Shown piece after piece: positions 18,101 to 31,480 of a DNA stretch of 64,000 bases. A program made the translations under genes and the position numbers. The stretch covers positions 186,001 through 250,000 of the forward strand of contig JADIIX010000012.1 of assembly GCA_027604505.1 (NCBI GenBank). Reading direction: 5' to 3'. The notes beneath the pieces are model-generated. The model saw only the letters and a list, made by a program, of their open reading frames with translations, made no database searches and was not told where the DNA came from. This stretch comes from Gonapodya sp. JEL0774 (taxonomy: Eukaryota). Numbering within the stretch: the first letter of the stretch is position 1; each line of letters starts with the position of its first letter.

Positions 18101-18859
18101 TGGTCCATACGAGGATGACGAGTCAGTCAAACCCCGTTCGTCCTTCGATACTGACGATTTAGAGCCTGGCCTCTGTAGAATTATCTGAGGTGGGGGCAAA
18201 GCTTTCTTATAGCGACTGTGGCCGTCCGTATTCGCGATAGCGTTTGTCACAACTGCCGTTGTGTTCTCTTTGGCTAGGATCTCCACTGATCGCATCCGCG
18301 GCACTGGCATTGGCACCGTATTAGGAGAGCTTGATGGCGAGTGACTAGACCGGCTGATGTTGAGCCCTTCTGCGGTGATTTCGTCGTCAGTGAGGATCTG
18401 GACGTAGGAGAGAGGAATCCAACCCCATACGTCGTGCAGTTCCCCGTAAACCCAGCCGTCACCTTCGTCTGAAAACAGAGAACAGATCCCATCGGCATGG
18501 AAGGAGGAGTCGTGAAACATTGTGGAACCTTGTGATAAGGGGCAGGCCAACAGTTCTGATTGATCTGCTCACATTCAGGGCCTTGGAACACCTCAATAAT
18601 ATCTTCCTCCTCGAATTGTAATTCATCTTTTTATACAGAGGATTGTATCAACAATCAGCTCCGTTCGAATAAACTTTGATCTCCAAAACTTACCGGCATA
18701 TTTGGGAGCGTAGTCATAGATTGCTCGAGCGTACTTTTGACTTCCAGCGCAGAAGGGAGGAGACTGAATCGAAGGTGCAACACTCGAATTAACGGAGACG
18801 GAGCGAGAGACTACTGGGGACTTGTTATTGCGGAGGACAGGTGGTGATGTGGATGACAT
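15149..18859 (-). CDS. Rho guanine-nucleotide exchange factor with SH3-DH-PH-PX architecture
   Basis: SH3: ARAIYDYAPKYADEL...GWVYGELHDVWGWIPLSYV. DH: KRQEVIHELVRTERDYIRDL, FSNLEQLL, YNIYCSNHP, SFLLKPIQRICKYPLLLRE. PH: LVRES..RELFLFNDMVLVAK...KAEWLNAI. C-terminal PX: YKTFGDFMDFH..LISNFPDEAG..RIIPDFP..VSRSPVVLSFF. Confidence 0.85.
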
Positions 18860-18989
18860 TGTGGGGGGGTTGCGCCAACCGCGAGCATCTCCGATCAAAC
18901 CTGCGAAGACAAAAGCGGTGGGGCGGACTCTCTCTACACATGAAAATGTATTTGGAGCGTACAATACCCAATGACCGAGTTTGTTTGTG

Positions 18990-20076
18990 CTACGGATCGT
19001 GTCCACTACATACCCATTTCAAACGACCACCTTTTGGCCTCCCCTCGATGTCCGCACTCCAGTTCTGAGATTCTACTCTACTGAGGGGGAGCGCAGCAAG
19101 GGTTCCAGCAGTTTTACTGGCGACACCTACTTGAACCTCAGAAACTTTGATTAGAGAGGTGATCGATGTCCAGGTGCATTGGCAGCAATAGGCAGTGGCC
19201 CCTAGGGATGGTTTCGCAAAGTGAAGCCCCAAAAACTCCGCGGTTGGGGTTACCATGCCTACCGATCTTAATTCTTGTTCTCTCCTTGAGTTTTGCAACA
19301 TTTGGATGGAAATTTCGGAAGAACAGGTAGTCTGCATCCGCGGTCCATTCAACATCTGGTATTGCAACACACTCCAAGTCACACGCGATGCAGCGAAGGT
19401 GACTGCACGCGCTGCTATGTGCATATGTTTAATGTTATTTAAACAGAGCGTTCATTGGTCAAATTGAGGGGGGTCAACCACAGGCGACATACCGGATGGA
19501 AGAAGAGCCTCTGTAATCTTTCGTGCAACCAATATACGGTGGACAGCACCTAATAATATAAATCAAACACAATGCTGCTGTAGACTACGATGTATGTTAC
19601 TCACTTTTGTCGCTTGAAAGAATTGGATCGCGACAGCACGCCAGAACGATAGCTTAGAGTTTCGCGCGGAAGTGAAGCATTGCCAGTCGGTCCCTTCCCT
19701 CGTTCATTGTGTTGGGCAAAGCTCGTCGTACGTAACGAAGAGGTCAATCGATTGTTGTGTGAGCGTGAGGGAGGCATGTTGTGTACCGGGTCAGGATCAT
19801 CCCAGTCATCGACAGAGTGATGTTTCATGGACGCAGCTGAGTTGAAAAGAGATTGCTGACGAGATATCAAAAGTTGGGATTTATCAATGAATCTGTATGG
19901 TGGGAAAGGGATCGTCAGCGTTGGGTGATGTTTTCTGGAATCACGCCGCGGAAGGGAACACAGACAATGCAATGCACCCACTTGTGAGTTGCAACGATGG
20001 TGGATGGCATCTGAACTCTAGCAAAGACTGTTCGCTCCACATCGTCAAGTAAGTCGTCAATTTCATCGCCCGCCAT
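18990..20076 (-). CDS. CFAP418: Cilia- and flagella-associated protein 418 (C8orf37 / retinal maintenance protein) homolog
   Basis: Not visible as one ORF. Splicing gives MAGDEIDDLLDDVE...KCCPPYIG...ACSHLRCIACDLECVAIPDVEWTADADYLFFRNFHPNVAKLKERTRIKIGATAYCCQCTW...LKWVCSGH, which matches the C8orf37 signatures LRC..CD, DYLFFRN, AY.CQC.W and L.WVC..H. Confidence 0.85.
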
Positions 20077-20201
20077 CAGAGATGAGCCAAATATACAAAT
20101 AATTCACTGCGAATGTGAACCAGACCATGAACTGTGGCCACTAACCACAACGTCTTCACCTTTGGATTGCTCCTCTCAGCATTCGGGCTACGCTCCAAAA
20201 C

Positions 20202-23200
20202 ATGGCGTCCTCATCAGCTCACCCTCCTGCCAAGGGCAAGGGCTCGACAATGTTTGAGTTTGATACGGTTGCCCGTGACGATCTTCTTTACGGGGGAAAG
20301 AAAGCTTCGGACCCAATAAATACAGTCGAGGTGATTGTCACTTGATCTGCTGAATCAAATTCTTGAGTTTCAAGTTGCCAACTCTCTCCCACCTGATCTT
20401 CAAATCATCCTCCACATCAGGACAAATGGAGACTCGTGCCGGCGTTTTTGAAGCTACGCGGACTCGTAAAACAACATATAGACTCCTTCAACTACTTTAT
20501 AGAGACGGATATTAAGAAGATTGTTCAGGCCAACAATGAAGTCCGCAGCGAGTACAACCCCAACTTTTATGTCAAGTGAGGGCATTGTTTCTCCGTTATC
20601 TGTGCACGATTTTGCATGAGCATTAACGAGAATGGATTACGATGTTCTTGTCGACCAACTTGTCATCAGGTTCCTCGACATTTGGGTTGAGCCGCCGGTC
20701 GTCGCTGACCACCAGACAACCACGTCCCACCCTACGACACCCCAGGAATGCCGACTCAGGGACATCACATACGCTGGAGAGATTTTTGTGAATATAAAGT
20801 ACACAAAAGGCCGAGAGGTTGCAACACAGACGCGAGTCAATATTGGGAGAATGCCAATCATGTTGCGCAGCAGTAAGTGCGTGCTCAGTGGGAAAGGGCC
20901 AGCAGAAATCGTTCAACTAGGGGAATGCCCCTTAGATCCAGGTAAGTTGTGAACCGTGAACTGCTTACAGGGTTTGAATCGGAAAGACACGTCCTCCGAA
21001 CCACAGGGGGCTACTTCATCCTCCGTGGAGTCGAGAAGGTCATTCTCATCCAGGAGCAACTCTCCAAGAACCGTATCATTGTCGAACTAGACCCCAAGAA
21101 TCAAACCGTGCTCGCCTCAGTCAACTCAGCCACTCACGAACGCCGCACCAAAACGTCTCTGGCCTACACCAAAAACGGTCGTTTGGTTGTCAAGCACAAC
21201 ATGTTTGCCAGCACCGACGTTCCCCTTGCGGTAGTCATGAAAGCCATGGGCTTTTTATCGGACAAGGAGATTGCTAGCATGATTTGCGGTGAAGACGAGT
21301 CCTATCTGGAGTTGCTTCTTCCCACGCTGGAGGAAGCTCACACGCTCGAGACGCACACTCAGCTGAGCGCTCTTGAGTGGCTGAGTGACAAGATCAAACT
21401 TCGTTCTTCCGGTTCCGGTGCGGGCGCCAAGCGCAGCAAACAGGAAGAGACGCGGGATTTGCTCGCGGCCAACGTGCTCTCCCATATTTCCGTCGAAGCT
21501 GATAACGGAGTCCCCAATTTCAAGAGAAAGGGCATGTATCTTGCACAAATGGCAAAGAGAGTAATTTCGGCTGTCAAAGACGGAGGAAATGTCGACGACA
21601 GAGATTTTCTGGGGAACAAACGATTGGAGCTGTGAGTGCCGTCAAGTTGAGACAGAAGTACAGATTGTTTGGGCAATTCAAGCGAGAAAACCTCTTCTCG
21701 TCTGGCTATTCCTTTAGGGCTGGTCAGCTCCTCAGTCTTTTGTTTGAGGATTGTTTTAAATCCTTCATCAACCACTTACAAATGGATCTTGACAAGCAGA
21801 TGCAGAAGTCTACTAGGACAGGCATTGTTGACCCATACCATTACATCAAGCAGCAAGCCAGATATATTACGGAGCCCCTGTTCCGGAGCATCAGGTTAGA
21901 AATCCGAATTCTGCACTTCGCTGCGAGAAGGAGGAATAGCCAAATTCCGATGAATTCACCCTGTGCCCCGCAGCTCTGGCAATTGGAAGATTCGTCGTTT
22001 CCGTGTCGACCGTGCAGGTATCACCCAAGTCCTAAGCAGGCTCTCCTTCATCTCGGCACTGGGGATGCTTACTCGGATCAACTCTCAGTTTGAGAAGACT
22101 AGAAAGGTGTCAGGTCCACGAGCTCTTCAGGTGGGCTGCCAGTTTCAAACAAGTTTTACCGCAATCTTTGGTAACTGCATCGCGGTGAATCCCAATTCCC
22201 TTCACCAGACGTCGCAATGGGGAATGGTGTGTCCATCTGACACACCTGAAGGGGAAGGTTGCGGTCTTATCAAGAATTTGGCGTTAATGACCCACATCAC
22301 GACAGACGCTGAGGACGAACCGGTTCGCAATCTCTGCTACTCTCTCGGTGTGGAGGACGTCAATCTCATTTCCGGCCAAGAACTCAACGATCCGTCGACT
22401 CACTCAGTTTACTTGAACGGTGAGCTGTTGGGTACGCACAGCGATTCTGTGGGCTTCGTTGCAGCGCTTAGGAAACTTCGTCGATCTGGGCGTGTTGGCA
22501 TGTTCGTTTCGGTATATGTGCATGATCAGCAACGAACGGTCAACATTTCATCTGACGGTGGGAGAGTCTGTCGACCATTAATTATTGTGCAAAAGGGGCG
22601 CCCTAGAGTTACAGATGAAGATGTGCGACAGCTCATCGAGGGAATGAAGGGATTTGACGACTTCGTCACGGACGGAAAGATCGAGTTCTTAGATGTGAAC
22701 GAGGAGGGAGACGCAAATATTGCAATGTGGGAGAGTGAAATTGTTTACCAGGGACGGACCGCCGAAGACCGTACCAATGGTGTTAACCTCCAGACCCAGA
22801 GCAATAGTGGCACCGCTAACACTCAAGCGCTTCCCGACTCTACACATCTCGAAATTGCACCATTCACCATCCTTGGAGCGGTCGCTGGATTGATCCCTTA
22901 TCCTCACCACAACCAATCTCCGCGAAACACCTACCAGTCAGCAATGGGGAAGCAGGCCATGGGTGTCATGGGATATAATCAGTTCCAAAGGATTGACACC
23001 TTGCTCTACCTGCTTTGCTATCCACATCAACCAATGGTGAAGAGCAAAACGATTGAATTGATTGGCTACGACAAGATTCCTGCCGGACAAAATGCAACCG
23101 TGTGCGTCATGAGCTACTCTGGCTACGATATTGAAGATGCATTGGTCATTAACAAGGTCGGTCTGCTATATTATTGCATTCGGCGTCATAGTGCACTCAC

Positions 23201-24470
23201 CTTGATTCTCGGTTTGCGCTAGTCTTCGCTGGACCGTGGATTTGGTCGCTGCCAGGTGAATCGAAAGTACTCAACGATGATTAAACGATATCCCAACGGC
23301 ACCTACGATCGCTTGGGAGATCCGCTCCAGGATAAGGATGGAAAAATATCTTACCGCTATGGTATCGTTGGAAATGACGGAATCGCTGAGGTGGGCGACA
23401 GAATTAGAAAGGACCAGGTTATTATCAACAAGCAGAGCCCAGAGGACTCGAGCCGTGAGTGTTGTTTCCTATCGAGGACGTATTCCCATCAACTGCTAGA
23501 AGTATGTGTCTTGCACAAAGTCGTGGAGGAAGGGGGCGCCGCGACGGCAGCTCCAAAGTACAAGCCAACCCCGCTTTCTTATAAGTATCCTGGTGATGGT
23601 GTCATAGATAAGGTTTGTGGGCGATACAGTACAACATGTTCTCTCAAAACCAACGAAGAATCTGAATCTCTCTTCAAGGTACTCCTCGCCTACAACGAAG
23701 AAGATCAACTCCTCGTCAAGGTAAACGTGCGGCAAACGCGGCGGCCCGAGCTCGGTGATAAGTTTTCCTCTCGCCACGGACAAAAGGGAGTTTGTGGTAT
23801 CATCGTAAATCAAGAAGACATGCCGTTTTCTGACCGGGGAGTGTGTCCAGACATCATCATGAACCCTCACGGGTTCCCATCGCGGATGACTGTGGGGAAG
23901 ATGATAGAGCTTCTTGCAGGGAAGGCTGGAGTCCTTATCGGAAAACTTCAATACGGGACAGCATTTGGGGGATCTAAAGTCGAAGATATGTCTCGTATTC
24001 TCATCGACCACGGCTACAGTTATTCAGGAAAAGATTTTGTGACGAGTGGTATCACTGGTGAACCTCTGGAGGCGTACATCTTTTCTGGGCCAGTTTACTA
24101 TCAGAAGTTGAAGCATATGGTCATGGATAAAATGCATGCTCGTGCAAGAGGACCCAGGGCAACACTCACGCGACAGCCGACCGAAGGTCGATCGCGAGAT
24201 GGTGGCCTTCGGGTGGGTGAGATGGAAAGGGACTGCTTGATTGGTCACGGCGCCAGCTCGTTGCTTATTGAGAGGTTGCTTCTGAGCTCTGACATTTTTG
24301 AGGTTTACGTGTGTCAAACTTGTGGATTGATCGGGTACCACGGATATTGCCCATTCTGCAAAAGAAGGAAGGGAGTGTCAAAGATTCAGATCCCTTACGC
24401 CTGCAAGCTGCTTTTCCAGGAACTATTCAGTATGAATTGTGTTCCACGACTTAGATTAACAGATGTATGA
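20202..24470 (+). CDS. RPC2: DNA-directed RNA polymerase III second-largest subunit
   Basis: [108 protein letters not shown] and [20 protein letters not shown]-terminal Zn ribbon. These variants are Pol III-specific. Confidence 0.97.
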
Positions 24471-24582
24471 GTCACCAGTCTCTGTGTCTTGATATGCTGT
24501 AAATAGACACTTCTTTGGGTTACATTTTAGTCTTTTACAGGAAAGCGGTGCCCCATCTTAGACCTATGCGGGACTCATCGCC

Positions 24583-27500
24583 ATGCCTATCACCGATGAT
24601 GACATAGAACTCGAAAACGAAGGATCTCCCGTGTCTCTGCTCGCGCATTCGCCGACCGGGATCATAACGTTCTGGAGCCTTTCATTTCTATCCTGCGGAC
24701 TCCTACCACTTCTCACAGTATCAATCGGAAATCCAGAAGCGTCCTTCACATTCCACGCGGCACCCTATCCACAAGTTTTCTCGTGGATAGCTCGAAAGCA
24801 TGTGGGAACAGTTGAAACAATTACACGTTGTGATTGCCTCTCCTTAAGATCCCCTGAAGAAGATCGCGGAATCCACGAAATCTCTCACTCGGTCGATAAA
24901 TGCTTTCTATGTGAATCTGGTGCTCAATTTGCACTTCTGCCGACCTCTGATTCCGTCATCGAGCTTCCAATTATCCACGTTTTCGAGCCCCAGGTGCATT
25001 CACACTACTTCATACACAAGACCGTTCGCTTCCTCTACAACCCGGCCAAGAACACATTTCATTTGCATGCACCGTCTTTCTCTACAGGGCGGGTTGCTCT
25101 TTCCCAAATTGTGAATGCAAAGAACTCTCCCGGACTCAGTGCAAGCGTCGCGAAGAGTAGACTCTCTTTGGATGGCGCAAATGAAATTCGTATTCCTGTC
25201 TCTTCAATCTCTTTGATGTTATGGAGCAAGGTAAGCCTGGCTCAGAGATATCTTGGAGGTGCACTTGTTGATTTCAATTCAGCTCGCCCATCCATTTTAC
25301 GTGTTTCAAATACTCTCCGCGTTAGTTTGGGTTTTCGAGAATTACGCAACGTACGCGATTTTGATCCTCTTGACCAGTGGGCTGTCAATTTGTCACGAAT
25401 GCTGGCAGACCAGAATGAATGAGAGGAGACTAACGTCAATGACCGCAGATGGAAACGGTTGTCTTACACCCGTCTCAAGTGGAAAATCATTTTCCGAGGG
25501 TTGCCTTGTTCCAGTCCTTCGCGACGGAACATTAACCCATGTTCGATCAAACCAGCTGGTTGTTGGAGATATTGCAGTGCTCTCCGATGTGAAAGATCGT
25601 CTCCGCGCCCCAGGATACATTTCTGGCATCACAAAATCAGCAGATTTGATCTTGCTTTCTGGCGAATGTGTGACGGATGAATCATCTCTCACCGGCGAGA
25701 CTGTACCGATTCTCAAGCGACCACTCCAGATTGAAAGCGGGAGTACTGGTGGTGCAGTTTATGATGCAGAGACTCATAAAGGCTCAACCATTTTCGCGGG
25801 GTCCCACGTTCTGTCCATCAAATCGCCAGTCATTCTTTCAGATTTCCCGGAACTTGCTCCCAGTCAGAGGGAGTCCGTGGCGCTTGCCATGGTCTCCGCA
25901 ACTGGATTTTTGAGTGCTAAGGGCAATATGTTCCATACGATATTATTCCCCAAAGTGAGTTTCCGTACTTTCCCTCTGCAACCTTCGTATTAGTGTGATA
26001 ACAGAGCCCGTTTTGTGAACAAATTAGAGAGTGAATTGGAAATTCGCTAGTGATGCCAACAAGTTCCTGGCTATGCTAGGATCTGTCGCTTTAGTAGCAG
26101 TGGCAGTCCGTGTCACCGAAGGGTGAGTATAGATAACGTTCATGTTGGTAAATTCACAAATTCTTGAAGCTTGGTGTTACTTTTTCTGACAGATTAACAC
26201 GTGGGACTCCTCTCTTGAACACTCTTCTCGGGTCTCTTGATCTCATCACTGTTGCAGGTAAGAAGAATGGTTTTAGAGCCTGATATCTGTGATCCTCTCT
26301 ACTTGAATTCAAGTCCTTTGCACGCCAACTTAAGTTCCTCCTGCACTCCCAGTTGTGTTGACTGTAGGAGTGGGACTTGCCATTTCTCGCCTTCGCAGAA
26401 AGCGTGTGTTCTGTATAGATCCTCAGAGAGTCAATTTTGCTGGCCGTATTAATGTGGCATGCTGGGATAAAACAGGAACGCTAACGGGGTCCTCACTAAT
26501 GTTTTCAGCTGTGGATAAATGGGAGCAGGGACATTTTACTGGGCAGTCTTCCATCGACGGGTCAGAGATCACTCACCTTTCAACTTCTCCCGATTATTCC
26601 ATACCACTTTCTGTTGTACTCTCAGCGTGTCACTCCCTACAATTAGGATACGAGGGCACGGTTTCTGGTCATCCGCTTGATGTCGAGATGTTTCGTGCGA
26701 CCGGAGCCGAGATGTGTTTGCCGGGCGATACTATCACAAAATTCGATGGTGTTTCGTACCAAGTAATCGCACATATTCGAAAACGGCGAGACGCTATCTC
26801 AAACTGGAATGCCGTAGATGTTATCAGACGTTTTGACTTCTCATCGCATCTTCAAAGAGCATCGGTGGTAGTTGTGGGCTTGAATCCAGACCGGAACGTT
26901 TCTCTCGATTCCGGTCGTATTCACTCTGCAGCATTTATTCTCACCAAGGGATCACCAGCGTCAGTTTTTTCTGTTTGCAACCCCGCTTCGTTGCCATCGC
27001 GGAAAGGTTTTTTGACATGCCAGCGCCGCTATGCTTCTGAAGGGTACTACGTTCTAGCATGCGCAGCCAAACAAGTCTCATCTGGAGTACACGTTGATCG
27101 ACAGGCACTGGAACAGGATCTGACATTCTTGGGATTCGTTTTCTTAAGGAACTCGGTAAAGCCCACCTCAGCACAGACACTCACCCGTCTCCACGAGGCG
27201 GGGGTCCGTAACGTGATGCTTACAGGAGATGATGTGTGGACAGCCTTTTGGGTTGGCACCGAGACTGGAATGGTTAAAAAGGAAGCACGCAAAGTAGTTG
27301 TTGACCTACACGATGACAAAGTATTATGGAGTGATATTACAATGGACGGTGATGAAAATGATGAGGCATTACGGGATATGAAAGATCTCGCATATTACAT
27401 GAAGGATCACGATGTTGCGCTCGCAGTTCGCGGAGACGCTCTGTCAATACTTCTCACCAGCTCGGAAGAATCGTGTGTCAGCAGAAGAGGATCATCTATA

Positions 27501-29080
27501 AACAATCTTGAACATAAAGTGGATGGTAGTTTGAGATCAACTGCTCAAAGTTTTGACACGAGTGCCGATGCACAGACTTCCGACTTGTTGGCTTTCCTGG
27601 TGGCACGAACAACTGTCTGGGCCGCTGTCAAACCTTCACAGAAAACATTTATTGTGGAGAAACTTATTGAGAGTGGCAAAGTTGTCAGCATGTGTGGGGA
27701 CGGTGAGAATACCTGCTGACGGGCGCAACAACAGCCTTGTTAAAACCGTCCTGTTAGGCACCAACGATTGTGGTGCCCTCAAATCTGCACATGTAGGACT
27801 TGCTCTTTCGGATTCAGAAGCCTCGATTGTTGCCCCTTTTACTTCTGCCGAACTGTCTATAACAGACATGCTTGTGCTCCTGGAAGAGGGTCGTTGCGCG
27901 TTGGAGACAAGCTTCGCGGGATTCCGTTTCATGGTTTTCTACCCTTTAATTCAACTCACAGTGAGAGATGGCGGCTATTGACATGAGTTCTGTTCACGAA
28001 GTGTGAGTTGATTGATTGAATTTAGATGGCCGCGACACTGGCACGACTGGACTCGTATCTCTCCAACAACCAATACCTCTTTGATGATGTCAGTAATTCG
28101 ATGTTTCACAAATTGTTCTTGGCGATTACTCATCTCCAACGGCTCTCACTCGCATTTTTCAGGTTGCGGTTGTATCCGTCCTTGCATTTTTGATGTTGTT
28201 CACATTGCCCTCCACCCATATGAATCAAAAACGTCCAACCGACGACTTGTTTGCCCCCCGTGTCCTCACTAGCATCGTGGGACAGTTGATTATTTGGATC
28301 GTGTGTTTTTCCATTGGCGTGAGCATGATGTATGGGGAATCTATTGGAACTGGTGGATGGTTCTGCAGTGTCAAGGTCGCAACTGCCAACCTCGATCCGG
28401 CGACTTTCACCCCACTGAATTCAAGTTTGCCCACCAATGCTACATATCCGTGCTACGTAATTGATCCTCTATTGGACGTCAATTTGGGAAATCTCCTCAA
28501 AAGTCAGGAGAACGTGGTCATCTGGCTCTTTGGACACCTGCAGTTTATCACCGCTTCTCTTGTTGTGGTAGTTTCAAGTCGCTTTCGGAGTCCATTTTGG
28601 ACAAACGTCCCGTTCACTGCATATCTCTCAGTCATGACAGGTTTGCTGATTGGTATGCTGCTGGCTGGGGATCGCACAAGCTGGTGGGCATCGTTTCTCT
28701 CAGGCACCTTTGGTTTACGCGATGGTATTCCTTTGTCTTTTCGATGGAAGCTTGTGGTGCTATGGGTCGTTGATACCGCTGTTTCCGTTTTGTGGGAGGT
28801 TTGGGTTGTCGACACGTACGTAGGAGATGAGAAGTGGTTGAATCACGGCTCCGCATGTGTTTGTCCGCGATGGGGCTTGGCACAACCGACGCAGCCCGTA
28901 CCCACTGAACCCGCTCTGGAAGATGACGAGCTCCCGCCAACTTCATCTGTGGTGTCAGCGGACGTACTCAGCTTTATCAAGAGAGCTTCGTCGGTTGTGG
29001 GTTTGAGGAGATCACAAGTGCCCTTGGACGATGCAGAGCTTGCTCTGTTGCCACAACGACGGAATGACACCGGGTTTTAG
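24583..29080 (+). CDS. P5B-type ATPase (ATP13A/Ypk9 family)
   Basis: HPFYVFQ, DESSLTGETVPILK, PPALPVVLTVG (P5 TM4), [61 protein letters not shown] and EGRCALETSF. Confidence 0.9.
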
Positions 29081-29583
29081 GGAAGTTAGGTAGTTCGATA
29101 GTAATTTCCTTTGTATCATGCCAGCCTTTGAGATATCAACAAAAGCCATCCTTTGTCTCCCTGATTTGGTCCCACAGTAAGTGTTTTTATGATCATCCGC
29201 TGCTATGAAGTGCTACTGAATTAGTTAGTTTGTTGACAACGCTTGAACCTACTCACTCAACAACTCACGCCGAAAACCATCTGTCCAATTATGAACACTA
29301 TGCAGCTATATAGTAACGCTATTAGGCCACAGGCCGTCTGGTAGGGCCGTTTGAATCCTGCAGTTGCATTCTTCTGTTTACTCATATATTTCCATCAAAT
29401 ACATTTCACCTATCAAACAGATAGAGAAAGGATTCTCCAGGAACAGAACATTCTATAGTGCTAACGTGCACAGTGTTCTCGTGCTTCCACACGGATCATT
29501 TTTTGATCTGTTATGGCGACCCAGTCACAGCTTGATACAGAAAAACTATGCGCAATAGTTCGCTTACTGACGATGACACCACA

Positions 29584-31414
29584 TCAGCTCCCACAATTTC
29601 CTAATTGTACAACTTCTTTCATATACGCCCTCCACCACTCACTACGCTCCCAATCATCCACGATGGTCGTAATATTGACTCCGCCATGTCTCCTTTTATG
29701 GTCTTCCACCGCACACCACGCACCGCAACTCCATGCCCATCGCTCTGACGCGCGAGAACCCCACCGTTCGGGGTCTGGAGCATCAGGCGATGATGGGGCG
29801 GACGATATGGCGTAGGCAATGGCGAGAGAGAACCGGGAGGTAAGAGAGAGGGATGTTGTGCCTGTCTGGTTTGGTTCCGGAGGACAACCAGAATGGGCAA
29901 ACACATTGGAGGGAACTTGGGTCACAGCATGAGTGATTGCACGGAGGTGACACCACGTGGCTTCATGGTTGGGGTAGTCTTTGGCAAGTTGGATGGCGAG
30001 CTTTAGGGTTTCGGATGCTACTGATGCAGTGTCAACAAGAGTTTCACTTGAGTTCGGCTCCCTGAAAGACTGAACTGCAAGCAAAAGGCGATAAACGTGG
30101 TGGAACGAGGAAATGTCGGATGGATGAAGAGGTAGGTAGGATTTCGATAGATAGATGAGGTCGGAGAGAAGCTGTAGGGTCGAGATCGGTCGGTTGAGGG
30201 TGGGTTGTTAGATCACTTGAAATTGAAAAGCTGCATTCAACGCACAAATTCGAACCCATGAGTGCAAAGTAATTGTGCCTGGCTACCTCTGGAGGGTACA
30301 TCCTGTTGACTACTCACCTCATCTTTGCCAGCGCTTGGCCACATCCCCATTTTTCCCTCTTCACCCGAGCCACACTCACCACCACACATTAACCAACCTC
30401 TGTGGCACCACGCCAGATAATTGGCCGGCTTCAGTTTTGCAGCACGGAGTGTGAGCGCAAGGTCCGGTGGGATCAAAGATGAATGGGAGATAGAGATTGG
30501 AGGTAATGTGAGAGTGGAGAGTAGCCAACGACTGGATACCGGCCGATGGGAACTCAAGCCGTGAGTTGTGAAAGGGGCGCACGGACAAGGACGAACAACG
30601 TACCGGTAGGTCCAAGCAGCACTGCTGCCGGGTTTCCGGGAGATGATGAGGGCAGAGCACGCTAGTTCGAGTTCGAGTTCGTGGGCGAGTGCAAAAGTAG
30701 GTTTCGATTTGGTTGGAGTGTTTTGGGTGGGGAATGAAGGGTGTGCAATGGATAAAGTAGAGCCATAGGACATGCAACGAGCATGATGGAGGAGTATACG
30801 GCGACGAACCGTCCAAGGTGTGGGGTCTTCGGCGTGGACAAGAAGCAAGACGAGAGACGAGCGAAGAAGTGCGCTGGTTGCTTTGGTGACCAGTCGCAAC
30901 GTTAGGCACCACGTAAAAATTCATGGCGCTTGTCAGTCGATTAACGAGACATGGCAAGAATTAGGTGGCTTACTTTGTGTTTCGAGTCGACAGACTGGGC
31001 ATGCAACAACAGTTCGCTGGATCGCCTCGTTATCAAGGCCTATTTTCGCCGCCTCATGCCGTACGACTTCCGCTTCTAATTTCATTCTCTCACTCCAAAA
31101 CTCCGTTCTCGCCTTTGCGTACAATCCGGGGAAGAGCGACGCCGGTACGCCAAGTTTGAGACATTTATGTTGGACGGAACTAGATTCGTCGGAAGCGAGA
31201 AGATAGGGAGCGTGCGGGTTTTCTGCGGCGGGAGGTACGAAGAAGGAATCTGGCAGAGGTGCAATCTCGTCACTCGCAGTTGCAAGAGCATTGAGCGCAA
31301 ATGGTGATCAACTTCATTCCACACTCCCCGCAGTTGGAACGGGCGATGAAGTACATACATCTCAAATAGGAAGTTATAAAGAATTGTGCAGAGCTTTGAG
31401 TAATCAGAATCCAT
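29584..31414 (-). CDS. Protein prenyltransferase alpha-subunit repeat protein (PTAR1-like)
   Basis: PPTA repeats: SLVLLLVHAEDPTPWTVRRR, ELELACSALIISRKPGSSAAWTYR, KPANYLAWCHRGWL, HPTDISSFHHVY and YPNHEATWCHLR. Confidence 0.7.
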
Positions 31415-31480
31415 GTTTTTGTTCCAAATGAACGGGAGTTTCGAGCCGACCAGCAATGATGTGGAAGGGATTCGCAAGAC

